Below, piece after piece: positions 1 through 9,488 of a DNA stretch of 64,000 bases (positions within the stretch are counted from its first letter, which is position 1; every line of letters starts with the position of its first letter). The translations under genes were made by a program, and so were the position numbers. The stretch is from an uncultured Chlamydiales bacterium (GTDB lineage: Bacteria; Chlamydiota; Chlamydiia; Chlamydiales; Rhabdochlamydiaceae): positions 160,001 through 224,000 of the forward strand of contig OY969554.1 in NCBI GenBank assembly GCA_963700985.1, written 5' to 3'. The notes beneath the pieces are model-generated. The model did not search any database. It was not told the DNA's origin and saw only the letters and a list, made by a program, of their open reading frames with translations.

Positions 1-115
1 CTTCTGGCGTCAAGAATGGCTTTTTTAAACGATCGCTTGGCCCTGTTTTTTCAGCATGATCAAAATTAAGAGGCTTAGGATCTTCAGAGGGTTCTTTCTT
101 TTTTTTACGAGGCAT
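1..115 (-). CDS. 5' part of a hypothetical protein running off the window edge (MPRKKKKEPSEDPKPLNFDHAEK...)
   Basis: ATG at 115 on the minus strand with a purine-rich RBS-like sequence upstream; frame is open to the window edge. Confidence 0.4.
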   Translation of the reverse strand, partial: MPRKKKKEPSEDPKPLNFDHAEKTGPSDRLKKPFLTPE

Positions 116-213
116 ATCACCTTCCTAGTTTAGCTTTTCAATTGGGGTATCTTAAAAATTGGATATAAGCGCAATAAGAAAGGATTTGGGACGCTGATCT
201 GGAATGTTGATTT

Positions 214-251
214 AAGAAAAGGAAAGCGCCGCCCCTTGAAGAGCGGCGCTT
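214..251 (-). terminator. Rho-independent terminator downstream of the F-box gene
   Basis: AAGCGCCGC...GCGGCGCTT stem (224-232/243-251) followed by a T-rich tract on the minus strand. Confidence 0.7.
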
Positions 252-259
252 GAAGTTAA

Positions 260-1138
260 CTAGCTGCGTGCCTCTGAGGGGATCCAGGTGCGAGTTTCAG
301 CCATGGCTGCGTCGCGCGCGCCATTGATCCTACTTTGCGTTACATGACTGAAATTACGCATTGAAACGTCGATTCTGTAGGTGATCGCCTCAGCATAAGT
401 TTGAAACTCTCTGGTGTCGGTATAGTTCATGCGTTCATTAAAATCGCACTGGAGTTGCACGCGCTTGCCTTTATAATCAAGCTGAAGCACGTCTCCATGA
501 TTTTTCAAGCTGCCATCGCGCTTGTAAAAGAGTCTAAGAGGTAGAGATTTAGGAAATTTTCTTGTAGGAATTTTCGGATAATCATAATGCCATTCTCCAC
601 GCAGACGCATTGCGGCCTTTACGTCTCCTTCTTCGGCTTTACGTACGGTTATATCCAGACTTTCTTGATTGTATACTGTTACCGGGATAAATGGTTCTTC
701 TTCGCTTCTTCCCCAAGGTAGATTTGCAAGAAGGCCTTGTTTGCCAGGTATATTTATATAAACGTTAGAGGGATCTAATATGACCGTCCCATGAATGACA
801 TGCGCAAGTTCCTTGTAGTTTTCATCGGCGTATCCAAAAATAAGATCGAATGTTCGCGTAGCACCAAAAACTGAAGCGAGTGCTGCACACGTGGCGTCTT
901 CTGTGCTTAAGCCTTCCATTTCGGCAGAAAGCTCTCCACGTGAGGGAAAAGTATACAAGTGTGTGTTTCGACAGAAGATGCGCCACGTGTGGTGATCTTG
1001 AGAGGTAATCTGTAAATGCCAGTCTTTGCATACACCTTCTGATCTGGCCAGTGATTGTTCATCTAAAAACTCATAGATATTATACAGTGCTTCAGGTGGA
1101 AGGGGTCTATATGCGCCAATTGCTGTGCTTGCTGACAT
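260..1138 (-). CDS. F-box domain protein, putative secreted effector
   Basis: N-terminal LPPEALYNIYEFLDEQSLARSEGVCKDW matches the F-box consensus; C-terminal part unrecognised. Confidence 0.75.
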   Translation of the reverse strand: MSASTAIGAYRPLPPEALYNIYEFLDEQSLARSEGVCKDWHLQITSQDHHTWRIFCRNTHLYTFPSRGELSAEMEGLSTEDATCAALASVFGATRTFDLIFGYADENYKELAHVIHGTVILDPSNVYINIPGKQGLLANLPWGRSEEEPFIPVTVYNQESLDITVRKAEEGDVKAAMRLRGEWHYDYPKIPTRKFPKSLPLRLFYKRDGSLKNHGDVLQLDYKGKRVQLQCDFNERMNYTDTREFQTYAEAITYRIDVSMRNFSHVTQSRINGARDAAMAETRTWIPSEARS

Positions 1139-1347
1139 TGTATTATCCTCTTATTTGAAAGTTATTAAAATTATTGTAATAATTTTAGGCTGAAATTGAA
1201 TTAAATTCAATTAAAATCTTTATTAATAAAGGTCTTGTTTATTAAAACTTGTAGAAGTTTGTTTAAACTCTTTATTATCAATGATTTATGAAAAACTGAC
1301 TGTTAATTAACCCATATTGCCTGATTTGGCATTGAAGTTTGGTTTTC

Positions 1348-2124
1348 CTAATCTTTATGAATTTCGTTCAATGGCAAGTCTTCATAAGAATGGATAACTT
1401 GAGTGGCTCTTGAGAAATCTTGATCCAGAGTGAATTAATTGGGGACAGCTACAGGAATCATTCCAGCTGAGGCTGCGGCTTCAATCCCAGCAGTAGTATC
1501 CTCAAACACTAAGCATTTAGAAGCAGGTACGTCTAATCGTTTGGCTGCTTCGATGTAAATGTAGGGCTTGGGTTTATTTTTCCCTTGAGCATCCGTGTAG
1601 TTATCTAGATCATCAGAACCTGAAATGATTAAATCGAAACAATTTTCCAAGCCAATTTGCTGCAGGTTTTGGAGAATTTCTTCTGTGGGAGCAGAAGAGG
1701 CTAAACCAAGCTTAATCTCTAGATTCCGTTTGTTTTCAGCAAAATAGTTGGCAAACGCGATCATTTCACGAATGGGAGGAACCCCTTGTTTTTGCAAGAC
1801 GCGATATTTTGCGTTTTTCAATTCGATGACTTCTTCTGGGATCTCAATGTTTTTAAGTTTTTCGATCATGAGAAGAATGTTTTTTGAGCTATGCCCGACA
1901 ACAGGTGCATATTCTTCTATCGTGAAGGGGATGTTTTCGCTAGCTAATGCATCTTGCCAAGCGAGAAATTTTAAATACTCCGTATCCACCAGCACGCCAT
2001 CGCAATCAAAAATCACCGCTTCAATTTTATCTCAATAAGGAGTTGAAATGCTGGCAAACAGTGCTCTTCCTCCCATCAGCATGAAGAATAAGAACAATTT
2101 TACATTGGTAGAACATCTTCTCAT
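1348..2124 (-). pseudogene. HAD-family (beta-phosphoglucomutase-like) phosphatase with two in-frame nonsense codons
   Basis: Motifs FDCDGVLVDTE, KPKP and VFEDT. The frame runs from ATG 2124 (overlapping the upstream gene's stop) to TAG 1348, interrupted by TGA 2032-2034 and TAA 1435-1437, and HAD-like sequence (FTLDQDFSRATQVIHSYEDL) continues after the second stop. Confidence 0.7.
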
Positions 2125-2666
2125 AAATCCTCCTGAATAACTTGATACTTCAATTGTACTAAACCGCTTGGATAGGATTGTGTAGAAAGAAGACGATATT
2201 TATGTTCGCTACTCATTTTGCTAAAGAGGGGAATTCCTGCTCCCAAAGTCATAGCGATTATGGATATTGTAACTTCATCTACGAGACCAGACTCTAAAAA
2301 CTTAGAGGCAGTGATTCCTCCATCCACCCAAGCATGTTTGACGCCTTCAGAATGAAGTTTAGATGCCAATTGAGTTAGTGGTCCGCAAAACAGCTCAGAT
2401 TCCTTCCTAACCGCCTTTAATGTATTGCTAAGCACAGTGACTCTTTTGCCCTCATAAGGCCATTTATCAAACCCAGAAACTACTTCGTAGGTATTTCGGC
2501 CCAGAATCAATGCATCAATGCTATTCATAAATTTCTTGAAGCCGTAATCTTCATCACCTGTATGCCCATACTCAAGCCAATCAAGGCCTCCGTCTTTTCG
2601 GGCAATATAGCCGTCAATGCTCATCGCAATGTATATGGAGATTTTTGGTCGCTCACTTTGCTTCAT
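2121..2666 (-). CDS. dihydrofolate reductase / RibD C-terminal domain family protein
   Basis: IAMSIDGYIA, LGRNTYE, WVDGG and LGAGIPLF motifs. Confidence 0.9.
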   Translation of the reverse strand: MKQSERPKISIYIAMSIDGYIARKDGGLDWLEYGHTGDEDYGFKKFMNSIDALILGRNTYEVVSGFDKWPYEGKRVTVLSNTLKAVRKESELFCGPLTQLASKLHSEGVKHAWVDGGITASKFLESGLVDEVTISIIAMTLGAGIPLFSKMSSEHKYRLLSTQSYPSGLVQLKYQVIQEDL

Positions 2667-2801
2667 CTTGTGATCATCCCTTAACTATTCCCAAAATCAT
2701 ATGGGAAATCGCTTCTTTCCAGCTACTGCGAACTCTATGTTCAATTTCTTTATTATTGCGCAATCTGGCAGACTGTTTTGCAGATTAAAGGGAGATCTAT
2801 C

Positions 2802-3167
2802 ATGGCATCAGGAATTAAACCATCAGCAGCTAAAATCATAGCAGAGTTTTGTGGGCCGCTTGTCCACGAAAAAGAAAATGAGCCGGACACAGACACGATG
2901 GTCCGAGAGATCATCACTAGCCTTGGAATAAAAATACGCCATAACCCAGAACGTCTCGAAAAAATCTGGGCAAAGGCACAAGAACGATCGATGTGGAGTA
3001 ATCGTATGTGTGTGGTAATGGCATATCAGAGGTATCTGTCGCTTAATAGAGACTATGAAACTTCAATGGGTATATTGACTTTTCGGCCCGCAACCAGAGC
3101 CGATATAGCGATATTAACTCCAAACGAACTTAATGGGTTATTTACACACTTACCTATCGCATATTAG
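2802..3167 (+). CDS. hypothetical protein
   Basis: ORF with GGAG RBS ahead of ATG 2802; no recognisable domain. Confidence 0.55.
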   Translation: MASGIKPSAAKIIAEFCGPLVHEKENEPDTDTMVREIITSLGIKIRHNPERLEKIWAKAQERSMWSNRMCVVMAYQRYLSLNRDYETSMGILTFRPATRADIAILTPNELNGLFTHLPIAY

Positions 3168-3210
3168 TTCTTAAGTTCAAGCGGAGTTAGGCCTACCAGT
3201 GTGAGAGGAC

Positions 3211-4578
3211 TCAGACAGATCTATAGGCGGCAAGAGCGTCTTTGGCCGCTTTTTCATGATCGGTCATCGGAGCTGGATATGTGCATCCAGTATGCCACTT
3301 TTCCGCATACCAAGCATGAATGGCTTTTGGAGGTAAATCGCGAAGTTCAGGAATCCATTTTTTAATATAGGCACATTCTGGATCGAATTTTTTTTGCTGG
3401 TTCCAAGGGTTGAAAATGCGAAAATAGGGTTGGGCATCACATCCAGTGCTAGCCACCCATTGCCAATTCCCATTGTTCACCGCAGGGTCGTAATCGAGTA
3501 AAGTTTGCGCAAAATATTTTTCACCCCATCTCCAATTAATGTGCAAGTCTTTGATTAGAAATGAAGCCGCAATCATGCGAACACGATTGTGCATAAAGCC
3601 TGTTTCATTCATCTCTCTCATTCCTGCATCCACAATTGGAAAGCCGGTAGAGCCTTCACACCAGTGCTGAAAAGCTTTTCGGTTAGAAGACCACTTGAGC
3701 TTATCAAATTTAGATCGGAAAGCACCTTCAAAGACGTGAGGAAAGAAAAACGCAATCGAGGTAAAAAAGTCTCTCCAGTAAAGAGAGCGGATCAGTTCAT
3801 GGTGCGGACTTAAATTACGACAGATTGCTGCGTAAACTTCGCGAGGGGAGTAGACGGTGAATTTCAGATAAGGGGAGAGATGCGTTGAGTAATCTTCGGC
3901 TGGAAAGTCTCTCAGTTTTCCATACTTACTAAAAGCAACCAGTTTTTTGAGAATTTTGCTTGCTTCTGATCTTCCTCCGGTCAACTGATTCTTTACTGTT
4001 AGTTTAGGAAAGACCGACTGGTCTTTTGCAAAGGGGATCGATCCGCGAAAGTAATTAACTCCGCGGTTTTGCGTTGGAGGCAGAACTTTCAGTTTTGAAG
4101 CATTGCGAAAATAGGGTGTGAAAATCGTATAAGGCTTTCCGTCTTTTTTCAGAGTCTCTTCGGGTGGATGAAGAAGAGCATCATCAAAAGAATAAAAAGG
4201 GATATGGCTCGTTTTGCAGGTTTTTTCGAGCGTTTTGTCTCTTTGTTGGCTATAGGGAGTATAATCGCGATTTACGATCAAAGCCTCGATATTAAGTTCG
4301 CGGATACATTTGCGCACAACTGCTTCGGGTTTTCCCTTAAAAAAGAAGAGCTTGCCTCTTTTCTCCTTCAGCTGATTTTCGAGATCTTTGAGACATTCGA
4401 TCATAAACTTCAGGCAGTGATCACTTCTAAAAGGATTTGTCTCGATCTGTTCTGGTGTAAAAATGAAGGCCGGAATTACGAATTCTGAAGAGTGCAACGC
4501 AAAAATGAGCCCAGTATTATCCTCAAGGCGCAAATCCCTCCTGAATAAGAAGAGGGATCTTCGAAACTTTTTCTCCAT
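3211..4578 (-). CDS. phrB: deoxyribodipyrimidine photolyase (cryptochrome/photolyase family)
   Basis: FRRDLRLEDN, TGFPIVDAGMRE, GFMHNRVRM, DYDPAVNNGNWQW and RIFNP motifs. Confidence 0.95.
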   Translation of the reverse strand: MEKKFRRSLFLFRRDLRLEDNTGLIFALHSSEFVIPAFIFTPEQIETNPFRSDHCLKFMIECLKDLENQLKEKRGKLFFFKGKPEAVVRKCIRELNIEALIVNRDYTPYSQQRDKTLEKTCKTSHIPFYSFDDALLHPPEETLKKDGKPYTIFTPYFRNASKLKVLPPTQNRGVNYFRGSIPFAKDQSVFPKLTVKNQLTGGRSEASKILKKLVAFSKYGKLRDFPAEDYSTHLSPYLKFTVYSPREVYAAICRNLSPHHELIRSLYWRDFFTSIAFFFPHVFEGAFRSKFDKLKWSSNRKAFQHWCEGSTGFPIVDAGMREMNETGFMHNRVRMIAASFLIKDLHINWRWGEKYFAQTLLDYDPAVNNGNWQWVASTGCDAQPYFRIFNPWNQQKKFDPECAYIKKWIPELRDLPPKAIHAWYAEKWHTGCTYPAPMTDHEKAAKDALAAYRSV

Positions 4579-4809
4579 TTTATCCTAAGGGGTGTCAACC
4601 AGTCTTTTCCTGAGCTGTCTCAAAACTTGCAGCTTATCATTCTAAGCATATTTTGTTTTTGATCTTTTGTAAGAGCCTATCCACCAAGCGTATTAAAAAT
4701 GGAGTTCATGACGGAGAAATGAGTAAACATTTACTTGACTTGACGCAGGCAAAATGCAAGATGAGATTTTTCTCGGAACTTTCTAAATCAGTGTTAATTA
4801 AGCGTGACA

Positions 4810-5470
4810 ATGAAGAAATATTTTCTGTGTGCTCTTGCGCTAATCGGATGCTGCGTTTTCATTTTAACCAAGCAAAAAGAGAAGCGCGCTCTTTTGATTA
4901 CCGGATGCGCTCGTAGCGGAACTACCTACATCGCCAAAGCTCTTCAAGAAAGCGATTTGGAGATTGGACATGAGAGAATGCTAAAAGATGGTGTGAGTTC
5001 CTGGTATCTTGCTGCTTCTCCCAAGAGAACTAAAAGGAGGGTGAATCCTGAGAAATACCGATTTGCTCACACCTTCTATCAAGTGCGCAATCCTTTGCGC
5101 ACTATCTCGTCGGTATATGCAACTGAAAATCGACACTCTTTGGAATTACATTCTATCTCAAATTCCTGAAATCCGCATAAGCGATTCACACCTCGTCAAA
5201 TGTGCTAAATACTGGTACTACTGGAATTTGAAAGCTGAGAAGCTCGCAGAGTGGACCTATCGCGTGGAAGATCTAGATAAGCTCTGGGATGAATTTGAAA
5301 AGCGTCTCGGCAAAAAAGTCGTCCGCCCATCGGAAGAGCGCGTGCCAAAAAATACCAATACCAAAGGCAGTCACACAGAATTTTCTTGGGATGACTTGCA
5401 CCGTGAGTTAGACTCCGATCTGTTTCAGAAGGTTCAGAGTTTAGCCCTAAAGTACGGTTACTCCATCTGA
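4810..5470 (+). CDS. sulfotransferase-like P-loop protein, split by one frameshift near 5140
   Basis: N-terminal membrane anchor, ITGCARSGTT PAPS-binding loop and VRNPL motif; continues in ORF 5063..5470 (YRVEDL). Confidence 0.65.
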
Positions 5471-5500
5471 GAGATTCTCAATAGACACTCTAGTTTTTAA

Positions 5501-6298
5501 ATGTTTGCTAGGAAAATTTTTATGCTTAGATCGATAGCCTTTATACTTTTAACGTTTGTCGGATCTCTTTGTGCTGAAACAAGTCCTTATGTGTTTCAAT
5601 TTGAAGGACAGTTTGAGCCGCTTTTTCAATCTGGCCGTTATGATTTGATCGCTAGAATTATCGAGCCGGATGATGTTTTGCTTGAAGCAGGTGGATTTGA
5701 TGGGGGAGACACAATTCATTTAGTCAAATTGGTTCCTAATGGTGAAATTATCAGTTTTGAGCCAAATCCAACACGCTATAAAGAACTTGTAGAGAAGACA
5801 AGAAATCTTGCTAATGTAAAAACTTATCCCTTTGCATTGGGCGAAAGAAATCAGACAGTTACTTTTTATCTTTGTCATGGAGTTCAAAATAATCCAGCAT
5901 TTGACGGTGCAAGTTCTATCTTGCCACCCACCAAAGAAACAAGACCGAATTACCAAGGTCCCATCGTTCAGGTGCCTTGTGTAAGATTAGATGATTGGTG
6001 CAGAGAAAATAACCACAGCAGAATTGATTTCATGTGGTTAGATTTAGAGGGATATGAACTTCAAGTTTTGAAAAGCTCTCCTCAAATTTTAAGCACAGTA
6101 AAGGCGATGTATGTTGAGACTAACCTGTATGAATTTAGAAAGGGCATGACGCAATACAAAGATCTACGCGCTTTCCTTGAAAAAAACGGCTTCCGTCTGC
6201 TCTCTCATGGTTATTACAAGGGATATCAAGGCAATGCCATTTTTGTCCGCGCAGACTTATTTGATGAAATTGTACGAAAAATCGAAACACAACCTTAA
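5501..6298 (+). CDS. FkbM-family SAM-dependent methyltransferase with signal peptide
   Basis: LEAGGFDG, ISFEPNP, RLDDW and IDFMWLDLEGYE motifs. Confidence 0.88.
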   Translation: MFARKIFMLRSIAFILLTFVGSLCAETSPYVFQFEGQFEPLFQSGRYDLIARIIEPDDVLLEAGGFDGGDTIHLVKLVPNGEIISFEPNPTRYKELVEKTRNLANVKTYPFALGERNQTVTFYLCHGVQNNPAFDGASSILPPTKETRPNYQGPIVQVPCVRLDDWCRENNHSRIDFMWLDLEGYELQVLKSSPQILSTVKAMYVETNLYEFRKGMTQYKDLRAFLEKNGFRLLSHGYYKGYQGNAIFVRADLFDEIVRKIETQP

Positions 6299-6332
6299 AA
6301 CAAACTCATAGCAACCTGTTTAAAGACAGGGT

Positions 6333-6387
6333 CCTGAATCTCAAGAAGCAGCTGATATTTCATCAGCCAAAATGCTTGTGATTCAGG
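6333..6387. repeat. imperfect inverted repeat (hairpin) between convergent genes
   Basis: CCTGAATCTCAAG...CTTGTGATTCAGG (12/13) with an inner GCTGAT/ATCAGC stem. Confidence 0.5.
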
Positions 6388-6459
6388 ATTCTCTAGAAGT
6401 TCTCTATTCATGACAAATTTTGCTGCACCAGCATCTTTTGCAAATGGCGAATTTATAAG

Positions 6460-7374
6460 CTATTTTCTGGAATCTCTTCTGAAAGGTTTCCAGAATTCAT
6501 TATAGTTTTCGGGATAATAAGCCTTCAGATGATCTAAAACACCGTAATTTTTTTCCGAGTTAAATGCTTTGTGATGTTCTTGCATTAAGCGAGGATCAGG
6601 GTCTCTAGGAAGTCTGATATTATAAAAGTAGTTTTCGTCGCGATGTGCGTAATGGTTAATCCGTATGTATTTTGAATGGTTTTTACCATCGTTGGACATT
6701 AAAATATCACCCCTAAAGGTGAATGTTTGATTTCCATCGCCATTTACATAAACACCCTTTGTAAGTGAGCAAAAATGCTGAGACCATAGGGCATCAATTT
6801 TTGCACACTCTGGCCGTATGATACTTTTTCCTACAGCATTTCTAGGATGATTTTTGCTAGAGCACTTGATCAATCTTGAAAGCATGGGCTCATGCGCGGC
6901 TAGGGTAATTCCCGAAGTTCCAAAGTTATGCCAATTGACATAGACAGCTGCAGCGTGAGAAAACCTTTTTTCTAAACACTCAGGGATAGATTTATCCTGC
7001 AAAGGTAAGATGAATTCATCTTGATCCAATAAAGCAATCCACTTCGCAACTCCAAATCCTCGTTTTAGACCGTCTTGAAAAGCGGCTATTTGCGCCCCGG
7101 TCCAATCAGGCTTTTCTGCCGGCCAGTAAAATACTTCAACAAGTCCGCTTTTTATGTACGAGGAAAGCTCCGACTGCCAGTCATCTGTGCTAGCATCATC
7201 ATATAGCCAGAAATGATCCACGCCTAACACCCTGTGATATTCTACCCATTCTTTTATATAGGGAGCGCAGTTACGAAACATTGAAACAACAACAAGCTCG
7301 TAAGCAAACAGGCTTTGAAAAAAGCCACCGGAGAAACATAACAAACAAAGCCAAATAGCAAATGCCTTTTTCAT
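6460..7374 (-). CDS. glycosyltransferase family 92 / GT-A fold protein
   Basis: EWVEYHRVLGVDHFWLYDDASTD, LDQDEFI, KSIIRP and INHY motifs. Confidence 0.85.
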   Translation of the reverse strand: MKKAFAIWLCLLCFSGGFFQSLFAYELVVVSMFRNCAPYIKEWVEYHRVLGVDHFWLYDDASTDDWQSELSSYIKSGLVEVFYWPAEKPDWTGAQIAAFQDGLKRGFGVAKWIALLDQDEFILPLQDKSIPECLEKRFSHAAAVYVNWHNFGTSGITLAAHEPMLSRLIKCSSKNHPRNAVGKSIIRPECAKIDALWSQHFCSLTKGVYVNGDGNQTFTFRGDILMSNDGKNHSKYIRINHYAHRDENYFYNIRLPRDPDPRLMQEHHKAFNSEKNYGVLDHLKAYYPENYNEFWKPFRRDSRK

Positions 7375-7527
7375 TAACTACCTCATGCTAATTCTTATTG
7401 CCGTATTTCTTCAAAAAATTGCCTTGCAAGACGTAAGTTGATTATCACTCCCGCTGCAAATGGGCTCTCAAAGCGTTATGAACCCAGCAGCTACCTCGCC
7501 AAAATCATGGAGGAAGAGAACTTTTTC

Positions 7528-7953
7528 TTATTTTTCGAGGGTGATGTTCATAGAGATTTTGGTGTTCAGAAGGCGAGAGATGGGGCAGCCCTCTTTTGCA
7601 TCTTTGGCTGCTTTATCAAAAGCAGCAGGATCGGCGCCCGGCACTTTAGCTTTAACTTCCAAAAGAATGTCAGTTACCGTCCATCCCTTTTCTGTTTTAT
7701 CTAGAGTAACAGTGGCGATGGTCTCTATTTTTTCAGGCTTCATACCAGCTTCGCCTAATTGTGCTGAAAGCGCCATCGAAAAACAACCGGAGTGAGCTGC
7801 GGCTATGAGCTCTTCAGGGTTTGTACCAACTCCATTTTCAAAACGCGTTGTAAATGAATATTGAGCATTGGACAGAGTTTTGCTCTCTGTGGAAATGCTT
7901 CCCTTCCCTGATTTTAGATCACCATTCCAAATAGCTGATGCTTTTCTTTTCAT
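7528..7953 (-). CDS. osmC: OsmC-family peroxiredoxin
   Basis: GTNPEELIAAAHSGCFSMAL and CPISR motifs. Confidence 0.95.
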   Translation of the reverse strand: MKRKASAIWNGDLKSGKGSISTESKTLSNAQYSFTTRFENGVGTNPEELIAAAHSGCFSMALSAQLGEAGMKPEKIETIATVTLDKTEKGWTVTDILLEVKAKVPGADPAAFDKAAKDAKEGCPISRLLNTKISMNITLEK

Positions 7954-8380
7954 AACCGCTCCTTTTTTGATGCTCAAATGTGCTTATACATTTTTTGGTC
8001 AAATGACTCAACCGTATCAATTCTACAGAACACATGGATTGAATTTTTTTCCGGATCATCCGGTAATCCCTCTTTTCGATGCTGCTCAGATTTTCATGGG
8101 TTTTTTATACAGATTTTTGAAGGCTATACAAAAAATTTCACGCTTTTCTTTGTAGGGGCATACGAACCACAATTGGAGCATCATCAATGACGAAGATAAA
8201 AGGTAATTCTTTGAGCGAAGTAACTAAATCAGACACTCTTCCAGAAGACTATAAAGACACTTTAGTCTCGATTGTTTCCAAAATCAGAGATGCTAAAAGG
8301 AAATAGACTATTTGGAAGCCCATATCCCAGAGCTTGCTGAGTTGGCATTTAAATAAGCCTCCAAAATTCAAATGCTTGAG

Positions 8381-8435
8381 AAGAAATGTGGGGCAACCTG
8401 GGTTTGAACCAGGGACCGACGGATTATGAGTCCGC
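8381..8435. repeat. distal att site: duplicated 3' part of the tRNA(CAT)
   Basis: Identical to 26658-26712 except one mismatch (8402 G vs 26679 A). Confidence 0.95.
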
Positions 8436-8541
8436 AGCACCCACGCCACTTCCCAGCAGCTAACTCCCCGAAATCATAGCGGAAAGCGCCCCTTTCCAGC
8501 TACCGCGATCTATCGTCAATTATCGCGCTTTTTTGCATGCC

Positions 8542-8565
8542 AGTGGTCCACAAATGGTCCACGGA
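8542..8565. repeat. putative integrase arm-type site (tandem TGGTCCA)
   Basis: AGTGGTCCACAAATGGTCCACGGA; near-identical copy at 26562-26585. Confidence 0.7.
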
Positions 8566-8688
8566 AATTGTCGCAGCATGATGCGACTTTTGAATTGTTC
8601 GGAGATTTCGAATGGTTCAATTTTCTCTAAATCATTAAAAATCAGATGTATAACAGATTTTTAAGAGGAGATAGATTTTTGGTCTCAA

Positions 8689-8744
8689 CTGTTCAATATT
8701 TCTGTCTGTTCAATATATAGTGAACAGTGTAATATAATGAACAG
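8689..8744 (+). promoter_or_regulatory. symmetric four-site operator upstream of the AbiE-like operon
   Basis: CTGTTCA at 8689 and 8706, TGAACAG at 8721 and 8738, directly before the AGGAG RBS. Confidence 0.75.
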
Positions 8745-8756
8745 AAGGAGATCGCA

Positions 8757-9488
8757 ATGAAAGGTCGTTTCCTAGTAAATTCCAATGAAGATCCAGCAGA
8801 AGGGAATGTCTATGCAGACAAGTCTTCTCTCGTGCTTGATTGGCTGCTTCGAGAAGGACTTTCTAGAGAAAGCTTCTCATTGAGAGAAGTTGCTAAAGAC
8901 GTGGGAGTAAGCCTTGGTCTGGTTCAACGTGTTTTTAATATTCTGGTCCTGAAAGGACTTCTGCAAGTTGAAGGTGTAAGAACTGCCAAGAGATTTTCCT
9001 TTAATAAGCCAAAAGAACTTCTAGAAAGCTGGTTAGAGCATTATAGCATCGTGAAAAAATGCAAAATCAGAACGTATCGTTCCGCTCTTTCTGGAAAGTC
9101 AGAATGGTTCAAGGCTTTAAAGAAATCTGGACTTGGGGCAGACGTAATCTTGGCCCTTCATTCAGCAGCCGAAGCGTTTGGGCTTAAGAATACCAACCTG
9201 GAAGGATTAGAATTGTATATCCTTGATCCTTCGATTAGAGCGAAATTGGAAAGTGCTCTGCAATTAGAACCACAAGAAAGAGGATATGAAATTTTGTTGA
9301 TCGAGCCTTACTATAAGATGCTGATCAAGCAAAATAAGAAGGACGGTAAAGAAATTGGCGTTTGCCCTCTTCTCCTTACCTTTTTAGATCTTTATCATTT
9401 TCCCCTGCGAGGACAAGAACAAGCAGAATTTATAGCTCAGCGAGCACCTGAACTGAAACGCATCTACAAAAGCCCTAAGAACAAATGA
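8757..9488 (+). CDS. AbiEi-like antitoxin / transcriptional regulator (type IV TA)
   Basis: N-terminal HTH (SLREVAKDVGVSLGLVQRV), LLESW and C-terminal LLTFLDLY..PLRGQEQAE; coupled to a nucleotidyltransferase gene. Confidence 0.75.
   Translation: MKGRFLVNSNEDPAEGNVYADKSSLVLDWLLREGLSRESFSLREVAKDVGVSLGLVQRVFNILVLKGLLQVEGVRTAKRFSFNKPKELLESWLEHYSIVKKCKIRTYRSALSGKSEWFKALKKSGLGADVILALHSAAEAFGLKNTNLEGLELYILDPSIRAKLESALQLEPQERGYEILLIEPYYKMLIKQNKKDGKEIGVCPLLLTFLDLYHFPLRGQEQAEFIAQRAPELKRIYKSPKNK

Noticed and set aside
2032-2034. TGA recoding (genetic code 4 or selenocysteine)
   Set aside because: Several genes end in TGA, tRNA-Trp has a CCA anticodon, and the same gene also has an in-frame TAA.
8389-8435. 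Second tRNA(CAT) gene
   Set aside because: Only the 3' part is present; the D-arm and 5' acceptor strand are missing, so it is the att duplication.
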